Shown here one piece after another: positions 8,645 through 19,486 of a DNA stretch of 64,000 nucleotides; the first letter of the stretch is position 1; every line of letters starts with the position of its first letter. The stretch comes from a candidate division WOR-3 bacterium (GTDB lineage: Bacteria; Hydrothermota; Hydrothermia; B15-G9; WFZT01). The notes under the pieces were generated by a model, which was not told where the DNA came from, searched no databases, and saw nothing but the letters and a program-made list of their open reading frames with translations. The stretch covers positions 36,341 through 100,340 of the forward strand of contig JALUEE010000086.1 in the NCBI GenBank assembly GCA_027053075.1. Reading direction: 5' to 3'. The translations under genes and the position numbers were made by a program.

Positions 8645-9344
8645 AGTTGGTTAAGTCAATGTTTAAAGGCGTTAAGGCCACAAAGTCATCAGAAACGGCC
8701 TTGAGATCGGTGCCTGGCTCTTTACTCCAAAGGGGCTCACCGCCGATGTAGTACGTATCATCCTCCCTTTTCTCGACGGGGTCGCGGTAGGCCCGGCGTC
8801 CGAGCCTGACAATCCTGATTCCCCTGATCTCCTTAATTGGCTTATTGGGTATATTTACATTTAAAAGCTCAAAGTCAAGCCTGAGTTTTTCTATTTCGTC
8901 AATGATGAGCCTTGTAAAATGCATCCCCGTTTCCCAGTAGTACTCATTGGTTGGGGAATTACCCAGTGATATGGCAATAGCTGGAATGTTGTAAATCGCC
9001 CCTTCACGGGCAGCAGCTACAGTTCCTGAATAAAATACGTCTTCTCCGAGATTGTAACCTTTGTTGATTCCCGAAAGAACAAGGTCAGGTCTCCGTGGAA
9101 GAAGCTCGAATATCCCAAGAAGGATGCAGTCTGCCGGGGTTCCAGTGATAGCAAAGACTCTCTCGTCTACCTTTTTAACCTTTATTGGCTTTCGAAGTGT
9201 GATAGAGTGGCTCGCACCGCTTCTTTCTTTATCAGGCACAACAATGTAAACATCACCAAGATGTGAGACGGCTTCACGAAGTCTGTAAATACCTTCACTT
9301 TCCACACCGTCGTCGTTGGATATCAAAATTAGCTTTTTACTCAT
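8604..9344 (-). CDS. surE: 5'/3'-nucleotidase SurE
   Basis: ISNDDG, GTPADC, SGINKGYNLG, YSGTVAAAREG. Confidence 0.95.
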   Translation of the reverse strand: MSKKLILISNDDGVESEGIYRLREAVSHLGDVYIVVPDKERSGASHSITLRKPIKVKKVDERVFAITGTPADCILLGIFELLPRRPDLVLSGINKGYNLGEDVFYSGTVAAAREGAIYNIPAIAISLGNSPTNEYYWETGMHFTRLIIDEIEKLRLDFELLNVNIPNKPIKEIRGIRIVRLGRRAYRDPVEKREDDTYYIGGEPLWSKEPGTDLKAVSDDFVALTPLNIDLTNYDELKRLQWELSF

Positions 9345-10006
9345 CTCCAGAGGAATTTTAACGCCAGTTTGATGAATCTCAAAGTATCGCGAACCTTATC
9401 CACTGAGCTGATCCCGGTCCCATAGATGACCTTTATCGGTACACCGCAGACTTTGAAGCCAGCAACAGCAATTTTAAACACTACTTCTGATTCAAAATCG
9501 TATCGGGATTGGGTGAATTTGAGTCTTAGAACACGTCGTGAATAGAGACGATAGCCACTTTGCGTATCCGGGAGGCGTGTCCCGGCAAGGAGTGAGAGAA
9601 TCATCGTGGTAATGCGGTTTGAAATATAGTTCAGGAAAGGCATTTTATAGAGCTCGTGCCAACGTGTGCCTATAACAAGGTCACAGCCCTCATTTTTAAA
9701 TTTTGCAATGAATTTGGGAAGGTCTGAAGGATCGTGCTGGAGATCAGCGTCCATGGTAATGACTGCATCAAATCCGTGATCAAGTGCATATTTAAAGGCT
9801 TTTTTGATGGATTCACCCTTACCGAGATTGGGTGAATTTTTGATGACTTTTACACCGAAGGATTTAGCCTCTTCATACGTTCTGTCAGCTGAACCGTCAT
9901 CAATCACGAGTATGTTTTCTTTTGGGTATTTTTTAACGAGTATATCGAGGAGTTTTGAGATTCTACCCTCTTCGTTGTAGGCGGGAATAGCGATCAGGAC
10001 ATTCAT
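9341..10006 (-). CDS. Glycosyltransferase family 2 (DPM-synthase-like)
   Basis: IPAYNEE, IDDGSAD, TMDADLQHDP, DTQSGYR. Confidence 0.9.
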   Translation of the reverse strand: MNVLIAIPAYNEEGRISKLLDILVKKYPKENILVIDDGSADRTYEEAKSFGVKVIKNSPNLGKGESIKKAFKYALDHGFDAVITMDADLQHDPSDLPKFIAKFKNEGCDLVIGTRWHELYKMPFLNYISNRITTMILSLLAGTRLPDTQSGYRLYSRRVLRLKFTQSRYDFESEVVFKIAVAGFKVCGVPIKVIYGTGISSVDKVRDTLRFIKLALKFLWR

Positions 10007-10017
10007 AAGAAGAAAAA

Positions 10018-10095
10018 TGGTCGGGGCGAGTGGATTTGAACCACCGACCCCCAGCCCCCCATGCTGGTGCGCTAACCGGGCTGCGCTACGCCCCG
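10018..10095 (-). tRNA. tRNA-Pro(GGG)
   Basis: CGGGGCG...CGCCCCGACCA, anticodon arm CCAGC AT-GGG-GG GCTGG. Confidence 0.95.
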
Positions 10096-10108
10096 ACCAA
10101 TCGCTATT

Positions 10109-10137
10109 ATGTTAACTAAAACCACCGGTTCAGTCAA
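10109..10137 (-). promoter_or_regulatory. Putative sigma70 promoter of tRNA-Pro
   Basis: TTGACT-17 nt-TAACAT. Confidence 0.6.
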
Positions 10138-10174
10138 CCATCCCCCACACGCTTTGTGCGTGGGCGCTCACTGC

Positions 10175-10203
10175 TTGATAGGTTCTCGTGGCTTTGTTAA
10201 GCT
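10175..10203 (+). promoter_or_regulatory. Putative promoter giving a leaderless transcript of the 10210 ORF
   Basis: TTGATA-17 nt-TAAGCT (with TGn extension), 6 nt before ATG, no SD. Confidence 0.55.
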
Positions 10204-10209
10204 TTATGT

Positions 10210-12048
10210 ATGCTCCTTACTATTCTTATCGCATTTTCTCTAACTATTTCTGACGTTGAAAACAGGTACATAAACGAGGCACTGCAGATTTTAAACGTTA
10301 CGAGAGAAGACCTTAAGTATGAAAAGATCTGGGTGAAAAAGGATCCGTTTCGACTGAAAATCGTGGAAAAATTCCTGAATGACCCACTTTCCATGCCTTA
10401 TGTGGCTGACTCCATTGAGGATTCCATCAAATCCCTCAAAAATGATTCACCTGCACTGGTGAGCTACCTTTCTTCATTAATTGATGAGCCAGCTTACGAT
10501 TACCCGGTGGACTCCGAGGGCCTAAAATTTCCGGATACTTTAAATCCCAGGTTGAGTGAATTGATAAAATCCCTTTATGCAGCTTCAAAGCTATCTCAAA
10601 AAACATTTTCAAAATTGTCTGGGGGCGAGATTGATACGCTACTTTCAGATGGAATTTACTGGTGGACCGATGAGGATGATTCTCTTGATGACACCCTGAG
10701 AGGGGTAATTTTGCGAGAATTTGGAAAAGAAACACCGTTCCCTTACGGTGATACGACGTCTGTCCCTCTCGACTCCCTCTCGATGATTCTAAAGAAGGTT
10801 GAACTCAAATACATGCTTTCTGCCTTTCATGATGTTCTTGAGGCTGTAAAAGCTTTTGTTAGCAACGCTCCTCAGGTTAGCGATTCATTCCAGTATGAAT
10901 TTAATACACCACTTGGGGAAGTCGCTGTCGGGGGAGTGGGCAAAAACATTTACCGTGGCGATTATGCATTGATTGTGGATTTTGGAGGGGATGATGAGTA
11001 TTACGGGCGGCTTGGAGCTGGGATTGGTATTCTGAGTCATCCCGTTGGTGTAATCATTGATTTTGGTGGAGATGATGTCTATCGCTCAAATAGAGTTGTT
11101 TCCTTTGGCAGTGGATACTTTGGGATTGGAGTCCTTTACGATGGTGAAGGAAACGATTACTACTACTCATCACATGTTTCCCTTGGTGCTGGCATTCTTG
11201 GTTGTGGCGCTTTGATTGATGTGGATGGAAACGATGCTTACCGTGCTGGATTTTTCACTGAGGGAAGTGGCAATTTTGGTCTGGGCATACTTGAAGATTT
11301 AAAAGGTGACGATGATTATCAGGCCTATGACTGGGCCCAGGGATTTGGCTCGGTTAAGGGATTGGGATTGCTCTTTGATGATGCAGGAAATGATCGATAC
11401 TACGCTGGTGGATACTATATCCATCATCCCTTGTTACCTCACAATTACCGCTCATTTGCCCAGGGGTTTGCCATGGGTTGGAGGCCGGACATTTCCGGTG
11501 GGATAGGTATCCTTGTTGATACGAGAGGGAACGATTCGTACTACGTGGAAGTCTATGGACAGGGGGCAAGCTACTGGATTTCTGCTGGTCTGCTTTTGGA
11601 TGACGCAGGTGATGACACCTATCATGGGGTCGAATATGTTCAGGGGGCGGGTATTCACCTTTCTACCGGCATTCTGGTGGATCGTGGTGGTGACGATTCA
11701 TATTATTCAAGATATGGTCCGTCTCAGGGAGAAGGACATGACCTCTCTGTGGGCTGGCTTGTGGATAAATCCGGTGATGACAACTACTATGTCTCCGGTG
11801 GTCAGGGAGCTGGTATCTACAATTCTGTAGGATTTTTCATCGATTCAAAAGGTAATGACACTTACATGACAAGGGAGAAGAATGCAGGCCAGGGCTGGGC
11901 AAATTGGGGGCGAAACTCGGCCGCTGTTGGTGTCTTTCTTGATCTTGGTGGAAAAGATGTTTATAGAAAAGGACTGCCAGGCCGTGACAATAAAATCTGG
12001 CTACTTGGCACTTATGGAGTTGGCATCGATACGGAGACAGGGAAATGA
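10210..12048 (+). CDS. Exported hypothetical protein with 12 DxxG[D/N/K]DxY glycine-rich repeats
   Basis: Short hydrophobic N-terminus; repeats such as VDFGGDDEY, YDGEGNDYY, FDDAGNDRY, VDKSGDDNY. Confidence 0.8.
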   Translation: MLLTILIAFSLTISDVENRYINEALQILNVTREDLKYEKIWVKKDPFRLKIVEKFLNDPLSMPYVADSIEDSIKSLKNDSPALVSYLSSLIDEPAYDYPVDSEGLKFPDTLNPRLSELIKSLYAASKLSQKTFSKLSGGEIDTLLSDGIYWWTDEDDSLDDTLRGVILREFGKETPFPYGDTTSVPLDSLSMILKKVELKYMLSAFHDVLEAVKAFVSNAPQVSDSFQYEFNTPLGEVAVGGVGKNIYRGDYALIVDFGGDDEYYGRLGAGIGILSHPVGVIIDFGGDDVYRSNRVVSFGSGYFGIGVLYDGEGNDYYYSSHVSLGAGILGCGALIDVDGNDAYRAGFFTEGSGNFGLGILEDLKGDDDYQAYDWAQGFGSVKGLGLLFDDAGNDRYYAGGYYIHHPLLPHNYRSFAQGFAMGWRPDISGGIGILVDTRGNDSYYVEVYGQGASYWISAGLLLDDAGDDTYHGVEYVQGAGIHLSTGILVDRGGDDSYYSRYGPSQGEGHDLSVGWLVDKSGDDNYYVSGGQGAGIYNSVGFFIDSKGNDTYMTREKNAGQGWANWGRNSAAVGVFLDLGGKDVYRKGLPGRDNKIWLLGTYGVGIDTETGK

Positions 12049-13115
12049 TTCAGGTCTTGCTATCAATTTTTCTCGTTACCAATGCCAATGTTGAGAAGCT
12101 ATTTGAAAAGGCTTCAAAGTGGCGGGTGCGGGAGGCCATTTCAGAGGTGGATTCTGCAAGAAAGGAGCTTGTAAAGCTTGGGGATGTTTCCCTTGAGTAT
12201 ATTTTCACCCAAAAGATTAAAACCACATCAACCCTCGAGTACCGTGCTATCCGATATGTTGTGAAGCATCTAAGAGAAAAGTCACGTCCATACATTTACA
12301 AAGGTCTCCACTCAGACAATGACACTATCAGGATAAACTGTATACGACTACTTGGAGATTTAAAAGACACAATGTCTCTTGACACCCTCATTGCCCTTTT
12401 GAAATCTGAGAAGAAAAAGAAGGTAAAGAGGGCAATAATTGCAGCACTTGGGGATATTGGAGTCAAGAGGGCTGCTACGGAGATTATTCCGTATTTGAAG
12501 GATAAAGATATGAGAATGCGACTTGTTGCGTGTGTGGCGCTCGGGAAGCTCAAGAATCCCGAGTCTGTGGAGCCTCTCTTTGACGCAATGGAAGACAAAA
12601 GTTATCTTGTGAGAAGCACAGCTCTCTGGGCACTTGAGAAAATCGGAAATGAAGAGGTCCTGGAAGGTGCTTTAAAAAGGCTAAAGAAAAGATTCTGGGA
12701 AAATTATGTGGGGCAGGCTGTAAATACTGCCGGAGCCGGACTGGAGATTTTGGGAAATCCTGATATAGTTGGAATTGCAGCTATTGAGGCGGGTAGAGCC
12801 TCATTGCCCGGACTCACTCAGAAAAAATTTGATGAATTGATGTGCTGGAAAAGAATTAAATACATCCGATTGATCGGTCGGGTGGCCCCTTCAATTTATG
12901 AAAAACATCCCGATGACACTCTTGTAATTCTTGCGAGGAAAAGGCTCATTAAGCTCTTAGATTCCCCGTGCTATCTTGCAAGGGGCTACGCTGTGCGCGC
13001 ACTCTCAAAGTTCAAAGATGATAGAATCAAAAGGTTACTTGAGTCAAAATCCTTAACGGAAACCAACCTCTTTGTCCGCTCTCAATATGAGGAAGCCTTG
13101 CAACAGCAGGATTGA
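12045..13115 (+). CDS. HEAT-repeat (PBS-lyase-like) protein with hydrophobic N-terminus
   Basis: Repeats such as RAIIAALGDIG, RLVACVALGKLK, RSTALWALEKIG; ATGA overlap with upstream gene. Confidence 0.85.
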   Translation: MIQVLLSIFLVTNANVEKLFEKASKWRVREAISEVDSARKELVKLGDVSLEYIFTQKIKTTSTLEYRAIRYVVKHLREKSRPYIYKGLHSDNDTIRINCIRLLGDLKDTMSLDTLIALLKSEKKKKVKRAIIAALGDIGVKRAATEIIPYLKDKDMRMRLVACVALGKLKNPESVEPLFDAMEDKSYLVRSTALWALEKIGNEEVLEGALKRLKKRFWENYVGQAVNTAGAGLEILGNPDIVGIAAIEAGRASLPGLTQKKFDELMCWKRIKYIRLIGRVAPSIYEKHPDDTLVILARKRLIKLLDSPCYLARGYAVRALSKFKDDRIKRLLESKSLTETNLFVRSQYEEALQQQD

Positions 13116-13140
13116 AGGCTCCCCCCTCCTATTGCAACTC

Positions 13141-13629
13141 TTACTTCATTACCTCAAGGTCTTCTAAAAGGGCCTGGAGGTCTTCTTCGTGCTCAACCTC
13201 GTCGGTTAAAATCTGAAGGACGATGTTGTAGGTAACCGGGTCTATGTCGCGGGTGAACTTCAGGAGGGAATTGTAAACCTCGATAGCGCACTGCTCACCC
13301 TTTATATTTTGCTCAAGGACTTTTTTAACAACAGGGTCATCGGGTTTATCGTATCCGCAGTTTGTAATCTTGAGCCATTCTTCAGGTGAAAGGACAGGGG
13401 TTCCACCGAGCTCTAAAATTCTTGCCACAAGCATGTCTGCGTGTCTCAGCTCATCGGTGGCATGCTGAACAAGCTCGGCAATTACGGCATCTTTCATCGG
13501 CCCTTTTACCACTTTCGAGCCAATCCAGTACTGATAGTAAGCGAGCCATTCGTCCGAAAGGGCTTTATTTAGAAGCTCAATAATTTTATCCGCATGCTCG
13601 CCAACTAAGGCTCTTCCTTTTGTACCCAT
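13141..13629 (-). CDS. Ferritin-like protein (DPS-like/bacterioferritin-related)
   Basis: LNKALSDEWLAYYQYW, DELRHA, GEQCAI, DEVEHEEDL di-iron motifs; SD GGAGGTG before ATG 13629. Confidence 0.9.
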   Translation of the reverse strand: MGTKGRALVGEHADKIIELLNKALSDEWLAYYQYWIGSKVVKGPMKDAVIAELVQHATDELRHADMLVARILELGGTPVLSPEEWLKITNCGYDKPDDPVVKKVLEQNIKGEQCAIEVYNSLLKFTRDIDPVTYNIVLQILTDEVEHEEDLQALLEDLEVMK

Positions 13630-13642
13630 TTTAACACCTCCT

Positions 13643-15250
13643 TTACATTCTGAATACACCGAATTTATGGTCAGGTATAGGTGCATTTAAAGACATGGAA
13701 ATTCCAAGGGCAAGAACAGTCCTTGTGTCCAGGGGATCAATTATTCCATCATCCCATAGTCTGGCAGTGCTGTAGTAGGCACTGGATTCTTCTTCGTATT
13801 TTTTGAGGACTGGCTCTCTAATCTTTCTCTCCTCTTCTGCTGAGAGCTCCAGTCCCTTTCTTCTGAGTTGGTCCCTTTTAACTGTCACAAGCACGTCAGC
13901 TGCCTGCTCACCACCCATCACAGCAATTCTTGCGTTGGGCCACATGAATAGCAGCCTCGGATTGTACCCGCGTCCTGCCATTGCATAGTTACCCGCTCCA
14001 AAGGAATTGCCGATTATCACCGTGAATTTTGGCACCTGGGCTGTGGCAACTGCATGGACCATCTTTGCCCCGTCTTTTGCAATTCCACCATGCTCGTACT
14101 GTTTGCCAACAATGAAACCGGTAATATTTTGAAGGAAGACAATGGGAATTTTCCTCACAGAGCACATAGAGATGAAATGGGCTCCCTTCTGGGCGGCTTC
14201 TGAGAAAAGAACTCCGTTGTTTGCCACAATGCAGACCGGATATCCCATTATTCTTGCAAATCCGGTTACGAGGGTTGTACCGTATCTCGCTTTAAACTCG
14301 TGGAATCTTGAGCCATCCACTATTCTCGCGATTATTTCTTTTGCATCGAAAGGCTTTTTCATATCTTTTGGAATAATGCCATAAATCTCTTCTGGGTCAT
14401 AATAGGGGTCTTCTGGCTCAGAAATATCGAGGTAGAATTTTTCCGGCCTGTTGAGGTTCTCAATGATGTTTCTTGCAATTTGAATGGCATGTCTATCATC
14501 AACGGCAAAGTGGTCAGCTACCCCGGAGATGCGGGTGTGAACATCGGCACCACCAAGTTCCTCGGCTGTAACCTCGACACCTGTGGCAGCTTTCACAAGG
14601 GGTGGGCCTCCAATAAATATCGTGCCTTCCTCTTTGACGATAACGGTTTCATCAGACATGGCAGGAACATAGGCACCACCTGCTGTACACGAGCCCATAA
14701 CGAGTGATATCTGGGGAATGTTATTTGCAGACATCCGTGCCTGATTGTAGAAAATGCGTCCAAAATGCTCCTTGTCAGGGAACACCTCTGCTTGAAGTGG
14801 CAAAAATACACCCCCAGAGTCCACCATGTAAACACACGGGAGGTGGTTTTCCATGGCAATTTCCTGGGCCCTTATGTGCTTCTTTATGGTCTCAGGGAAG
14901 TAGGTTCCACCCTTCACTGTCGCGTCATTGGCAACTATGCAGACCTCCCTTCCGTGAACCACACCTATTCCTGTAATAATGCCTGCGGCCGGGACCTGGT
15001 TGTCGTACATCCCCCATGCTGCGAGGGGTGAAAGTTCAAGGAATGGGGTATTTTTATCGAGCAGAAGTTCAACTCTTTCACGAACCAGGAGTTTTCCGCG
15101 CTCTTTGTGTCGTTTTCTCGCCTCAGGTGGTCCGCCCTGCTTTACCTGTTCCAGTCGCTCACGGAGCTGCTTCACAAGCTCCTTGTTGTGTTTCATGTTT
15201 TCTATAAATTCCGGGCTATTGGTTTTTACCCTGGACTCAATTCTAAACAT
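13643..15250 (-). CDS. Acyl-CoA carboxylase carboxyltransferase subunit, methylcrotonyl-CoA carboxylase beta type
   Basis: [40 protein letters not shown]-terminal FGVFRM. Confidence 0.9.
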   Translation of the reverse strand: MFRIESRVKTNSPEFIENMKHNKELVKQLRERLEQVKQGGPPEARKRHKERGKLLVRERVELLLDKNTPFLELSPLAAWGMYDNQVPAAGIITGIGVVHGREVCIVANDATVKGGTYFPETIKKHIRAQEIAMENHLPCVYMVDSGGVFLPLQAEVFPDKEHFGRIFYNQARMSANNIPQISLVMGSCTAGGAYVPAMSDETVIVKEEGTIFIGGPPLVKAATGVEVTAEELGGADVHTRISGVADHFAVDDRHAIQIARNIIENLNRPEKFYLDISEPEDPYYDPEEIYGIIPKDMKKPFDAKEIIARIVDGSRFHEFKARYGTTLVTGFARIMGYPVCIVANNGVLFSEAAQKGAHFISMCSVRKIPIVFLQNITGFIVGKQYEHGGIAKDGAKMVHAVATAQVPKFTVIIGNSFGAGNYAMAGRGYNPRLLFMWPNARIAVMGGEQAADVLVTVKRDQLRRKGLELSAEEERKIREPVLKKYEEESSAYYSTARLWDDGIIDPLDTRTVLALGISMSLNAPIPDHKFGVFRM

Positions 15251-15400
15251 GTGCCACTCCTTTTTAATCGAAAATAAAGCACAGTCAGAAAATTTTCAAC
15301 AGATGGGGTCTGCCAGAATAAATCTTGCCGAAGATTCCACGTGTAAGATGAAATATACTCCCCGCCTGAAATTTTTAAAATTTAAGATGTAAATCCATAC

Positions 15401-15547
15401 CCCATTCCACCCCAGCCCTCCCTTCCCGGAGGGAAGGGAGGGAGTTCCATTAGCGCTTAAACCAGCAAGACAGTTTGAAACTTTTGCCAGAAAGCCCAGG
15501 TTCCCCTCCTTCCTTGAGGAAGGAGGGGTTAGGGGAGAATGGTGAAA
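15401..15547. repeat. Pair of oppositely oriented REP-like palindromes
   Basis: CCCTCCCTTCCC-GGA-GGGAAGGGAGGG (15416-15442); 15501-15547 is the reverse complement of 38891-38936 except in the loop. Confidence 0.85.
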
Positions 15548-15823
15548 AAGCTCAAATCATCAGAGAATGGCGCCCAGGTTTGAATTTTCTAAAGAATTTC
15601 TTGATTCACCACTTGAAATTACTTGCGAAGCGACCGTTAGCAAACACTTTTATCTTCCTCAGACATTGCCTGTCGATGGAAAATTCCAGATATTTCCACC
15701 CTTCGCTTCGCGGGTAGGAAAGGAAAGTGTCCCGATCCGCAGTTTTTCTGTCCGTACAGCACGACCTGAACTTAAAAACCTTCCCCAACACATTAATCAA
15801 GGCAAATTGGCCCGTTTTTGAGC

Positions 15824-17722
15824 TCACTCAAACTTTTTTTTCAACCTCCCAAGCAGTGTGGTTTTTGACACCTCAAACTCCTTTCCACCAAATTCTTCCG
15901 CAAGATAAACCCTTGTGATTTCTTCCAGAATTTCCCCGACTTCCGGATGGCTCTCCCTAACTCTCTTCAAAAATTCCGTAGGAGTTTCACCGGGCTTCTT
16001 TGGGATACCCTTCTTTTCAAGTATCCTGAGCGCTTCTTCATAAAATCCGAAAGCCCCCTTCCTTCTCATCCTAACGGCAAAAAATACGCCGAGGAGCAAT
16101 ATGAGAGCGCCGAGTCCCCACCTGTAATTCACAGGACCTCTGGGATTTATTCTACCACCTCTCCTTGAGACCACAGGTGTAAACCTCGAAACACTGCTCA
16201 GGATTCTAAACTGTGAATAAATGTCATAATTAATCACGTGCTCATACCAGAGAAGCCTCAGATAATCGATGTAGAGACCGGGGTTAAAATGCTTTTTTCT
16301 GAATCTTGCAGGAGGTGATGGGTCATACCTCTTCCATCCGACTCCATCGATATAGACCTCAACCCATGTGTGGGCGTCGTTTTCCCTCACAATGTAATAA
16401 TTTCCAAGTTTATTGTAAATCCCACCAAGATAACCGCCCACGAGTCGCGCAGGAACTCCAAAGCTTCTCAAAATCAACGCCATGGACGTGGCAAAAAGCT
16501 CGCAATGACCGGATTTTGACCTGGTTAAAAAATAGAGCACTGGATTTTCCCCACGAGGGGCTTCGAACGACAGCGAATACCGGAATCTGCTCCGGAAGTA
16601 AAGAACAAGCTTTTCTGCCATTATTTCAGGACTCCCATTTATAAAGCTAAACAGCTTTCTCAGCGTGTCCTTTAGAGTCTGCGGAACATAGGTATATCCA
16701 GACCATATCCGGGAATAACTTTCAGGCAAAACCCTCGAGTTTATAGAAACCACTCGATATTTTACCCTTCCTCGTGTCTCCCCGGAAATAATCAAATCAG
16801 ATGAGACATAAGCCCTGAATGGAAACAGGCCGCCGATTGGCTTATCAATCGCATAAAGATACCTGTGTTGTCCCGGCTCAAGGTTGATTTCCTGGACCAC
16901 AGTGTCGCCTTTTAAATTTATTTTTCTAAACCACACAGGATAATTTATAGGGATGGCACCAACCGCCTGCCTTCTGTGAAACCATGCCCCTTTTCTGTAA
17001 ATATCATAAGTCAATCCCCTCCAGTAAGGGAAATGCCCGGCATTGCCCCGCAAAATCCTTGCCCTGAAGGCAACCTTTCCACTTTTTAAGAGTTTCTCTA
17101 CGTTGTTTATGTCTATTGTCTCGGTGAATCCAATCCTGCCTGCGCCTCCTGGCCCACCCAAAAAATACGCACTTCCACTCCTTGGTAGCATATAGAAAAA
17201 TAGAATGGCCATAGGAATTGAAACTGCAAACATCTTAGCGCTGAATTTGAACATCGAGCTTTTTACATCCCCGCCAAATGACTCGTATAAATTAATGTTG
17301 ACAGCAAAATTAATGGCAACTGCAATAAAGAGGAGTAGCATCACGAGATAAGTTATTTCAATTGTGAATGAAGCCACACCTGCAACGATGAGAAAGTTCA
17401 AAAGCAGTATCTGGATGAAATCCCTCGGCTTCTTCTCCCCTGCAAGTTTTATTGCATTGAGTGACAAAAGGAGATACTCGAGGGGTCTTACTAAGTTGCT
17501 GAGCCGAACCTGACTCAGGAAGAATATGGACAGAAGAATCGCGAGGAAATTCAGAAGTTTCCCGTGTGCAACAGATTCGCCTTCAAAAGACCTGTAGAGG
17601 AAAAACAGATAAATGAGACCAAAAAAGGCTGAGGCATAAAAGGGAATGTAAGGGAAAAGTGCAATGAGACTTAGAAAACTTATCAGCCCAGTTTCTATTA
17701 AAAGAAGCCTGAATACATTCAT
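15824..17722 (-). CDS. Membrane transglutaminase-like protein (TgpA/DUF3488 type)
   Basis: N-terminal TM helices, GHCELFA, PARLVGGY, DAHTWVEVY, GWKRYDP catalytic triad. Confidence 0.9.
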   Translation of the reverse strand: MNVFRLLLIETGLISFLSLIALFPYIPFYASAFFGLIYLFFLYRSFEGESVAHGKLLNFLAILLSIFFLSQVRLSNLVRPLEYLLLSLNAIKLAGEKKPRDFIQILLLNFLIVAGVASFTIEITYLVMLLLFIAVAINFAVNINLYESFGGDVKSSMFKFSAKMFAVSIPMAILFFYMLPRSGSAYFLGGPGGAGRIGFTETIDINNVEKLLKSGKVAFRARILRGNAGHFPYWRGLTYDIYRKGAWFHRRQAVGAIPINYPVWFRKINLKGDTVVQEINLEPGQHRYLYAIDKPIGGLFPFRAYVSSDLIISGETRGRVKYRVVSINSRVLPESYSRIWSGYTYVPQTLKDTLRKLFSFINGSPEIMAEKLVLYFRSRFRYSLSFEAPRGENPVLYFLTRSKSGHCELFATSMALILRSFGVPARLVGGYLGGIYNKLGNYYIVRENDAHTWVEVYIDGVGWKRYDPSPPARFRKKHFNPGLYIDYLRLLWYEHVINYDIYSQFRILSSVSRFTPVVSRRGGRINPRGPVNYRWGLGALILLLGVFFAVRMRRKGAFGFYEEALRILEKKGIPKKPGETPTEFLKRVRESHPEVGEILEEITRVYLAEEFGGKEFEVSKTTLLGRLKKKFE

Positions 17723-18600
17723 AATAGCGCAAGACTCCTCAAAATTTTTATCCTCTGTGCCTCACCATAATCAGGTCTGATCTTCAAATCACCATACTCG
17801 ATGCCCACTGCGAAGCCAGACTTGAGGAAATGCTCAGCAAGGGAGGCAAGCTCATCTATTCGGCTCTCAGGATCAGATTCTTTGAGGTCACGCTCTGTCA
17901 ATACGATTTCACCTGTTCCGGGACCCGAGAAAACCTTTGTGTAGAGTTCATCATCGTGCCTTGAAGCCTTCCAGTGAATTTGACTTATGGGCTCACCCTC
18001 CTGGTACTCCCGCAGTCGCAGGAAATCCCCACCAGTTCCCGGCTTTTTACTCTCAAAACTACCGCTGGATTTCATCTCCAAAATCTCAAACACTCTGCTT
18101 TTAACGTCATAAATCCGTGGAAATACGAGGACTTCCAGATTCAGAGGGAAAATCTCTTCACGGGTGAAAAAGCCAAATGGGAATGAGGAGTAAACTTTCA
18201 GCTCTTCAATCCGTGCTATCCCTCGCTTTTCAAAAATTAGGGGGATGTGAAAGTCGGTCATTCCTTCGATTTTTGGAGTGCCAGAGACCTTATCCTTGAG
18301 CTTCACGAAAATATTATAGCCACTTTTTGAATAAATCTTTACGGTAAAATAGGCCTTTTTGCCCTTGTAAATCTCGAGGGGAGGGTGAATCTCAAACCTG
18401 ATATTTCGCAGATTCCTTCGCGCATAAATGCCGGATAGACCCATAAGCGCAAGTAACATGGATAGGACTAAGTAAAGCAGGTTGTTCATGGTATTTGTAG
18501 CAGCGAATCCCACAGCAATGGTCAAAAGAATATAGAGGGTTCCCCGTGAATTTACCTTGATGTATGAGGTTCTGTCATCAAACTGGAACCGAAATCTCAT
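17719..18600 (-). CDS. DUF58 domain protein
   Basis: AATNTMNNLLY, LREYQEGE..IHWKAS; lies between MoxR and transglutaminase. Confidence 0.9.
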   Translation of the reverse strand: MRFRFQFDDRTSYIKVNSRGTLYILLTIAVGFAATNTMNNLLYLVLSMLLALMGLSGIYARRNLRNIRFEIHPPLEIYKGKKAYFTVKIYSKSGYNIFVKLKDKVSGTPKIEGMTDFHIPLIFEKRGIARIEELKVYSSFPFGFFTREEIFPLNLEVLVFPRIYDVKSRVFEILEMKSSGSFESKKPGTGGDFLRLREYQEGEPISQIHWKASRHDDELYTKVFSGPGTGEIVLTERDLKESDPESRIDELASLAEHFLKSGFAVGIEYGDLKIRPDYGEAQRIKILRSLALL

Positions 18601-19486
18601 TGAGCAGTTCTTCGAAGATCAGGCTTCTTGTTCTGAAATCAGGGGTTTCCTGCATAAGAAGCCTGTGTGGAGCAACGTATCGAGCCATGGTTTTGACATC
18701 ATCCGGCACCACATAATCCCTGCCCCTGATGAATGCATAGGCCTTTGAAGCTTTGACAAGGTCCAGGGCCGCCCTTGTGGACATGCCAATAATAAACCTG
18801 TCTCGCGTGGCAAGCACAATTCTCATAACGTATTCGAGGATTTTTTCTGCTGTCTTGATATTTTCAACAAATTCCTGCGCCTTTAAAATTTCTGACCTTG
18901 AAACCACAGGCTCAAGATTCCTCGCCTTCTCGTGAAGGTTTCCATTTTTGAGAATATCTTTCTCTGTTTCCTCGTCCGGATAGCCCATGTCAAACCTGAG
19001 CATGAACCTATCAAGCTGTGATTCAGGCAGTGGAAACGTGCCAAAGTGCTCAACTGGATTTTGAGTTGCTATGACTAAAAAAGGCTCTGGAAGCCGGTAG
19101 GTGACTCCTTCAACCGATACCTGACCTTCTCCCATTGCTTCAAGAAGGGCTGACTGGGTTTTGGGTGTGGCTCTATTTATTTCATCGGCAAGAATGATAT
19201 TCTTAAAGATTGGACCTTTCCTGAACTCAAACTCATCGGTCTTTCTGTTGAAGACCACTGCGCCAATGATGTCGGCAGGCAGAAGGTCGCTTGTAAACTG
19301 AATCCGGGTAAATTCGAGACCTGTGGCCCGGGCAAATGCAAGTGCGAGGGTGGTCTTACCTATCCCCGGAATATCTTCAATCAACACATGTCCCTTTGCG
19401 AGCAGGGCAACGAGCGTGAGCTCCACCTGCCTTCTTTTGCCTTTTATAACGGTTTCAACCTGATTTATGATTCTTCCTGGTTCCAT
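18578..19486 (-). CDS. MoxR family AAA+ ATPase
   Basis: GHVLIEDIPGIGKT, RIQFTSDLLPAD, LADEINRATPKTQSALLEAM, ATQNP. Confidence 0.95.
   Translation of the reverse strand: MEPGRIINQVETVIKGKRRQVELTLVALLAKGHVLIEDIPGIGKTTLALAFARATGLEFTRIQFTSDLLPADIIGAVVFNRKTDEFEFRKGPIFKNIILADEINRATPKTQSALLEAMGEGQVSVEGVTYRLPEPFLVIATQNPVEHFGTFPLPESQLDRFMLRFDMGYPDEETEKDILKNGNLHEKARNLEPVVSRSEILKAQEFVENIKTAEKILEYVMRIVLATRDRFIIGMSTRAALDLVKASKAYAFIRGRDYVVPDDVKTMARYVAPHRLLMQETPDFRTRSLIFEELLNEISVPV

Noticed and set aside
15567..15918. Short ORFs downstream of the transglutaminase gene
   Set aside because: Overlapping frames on both strands with no recognisable motif; cannot support any
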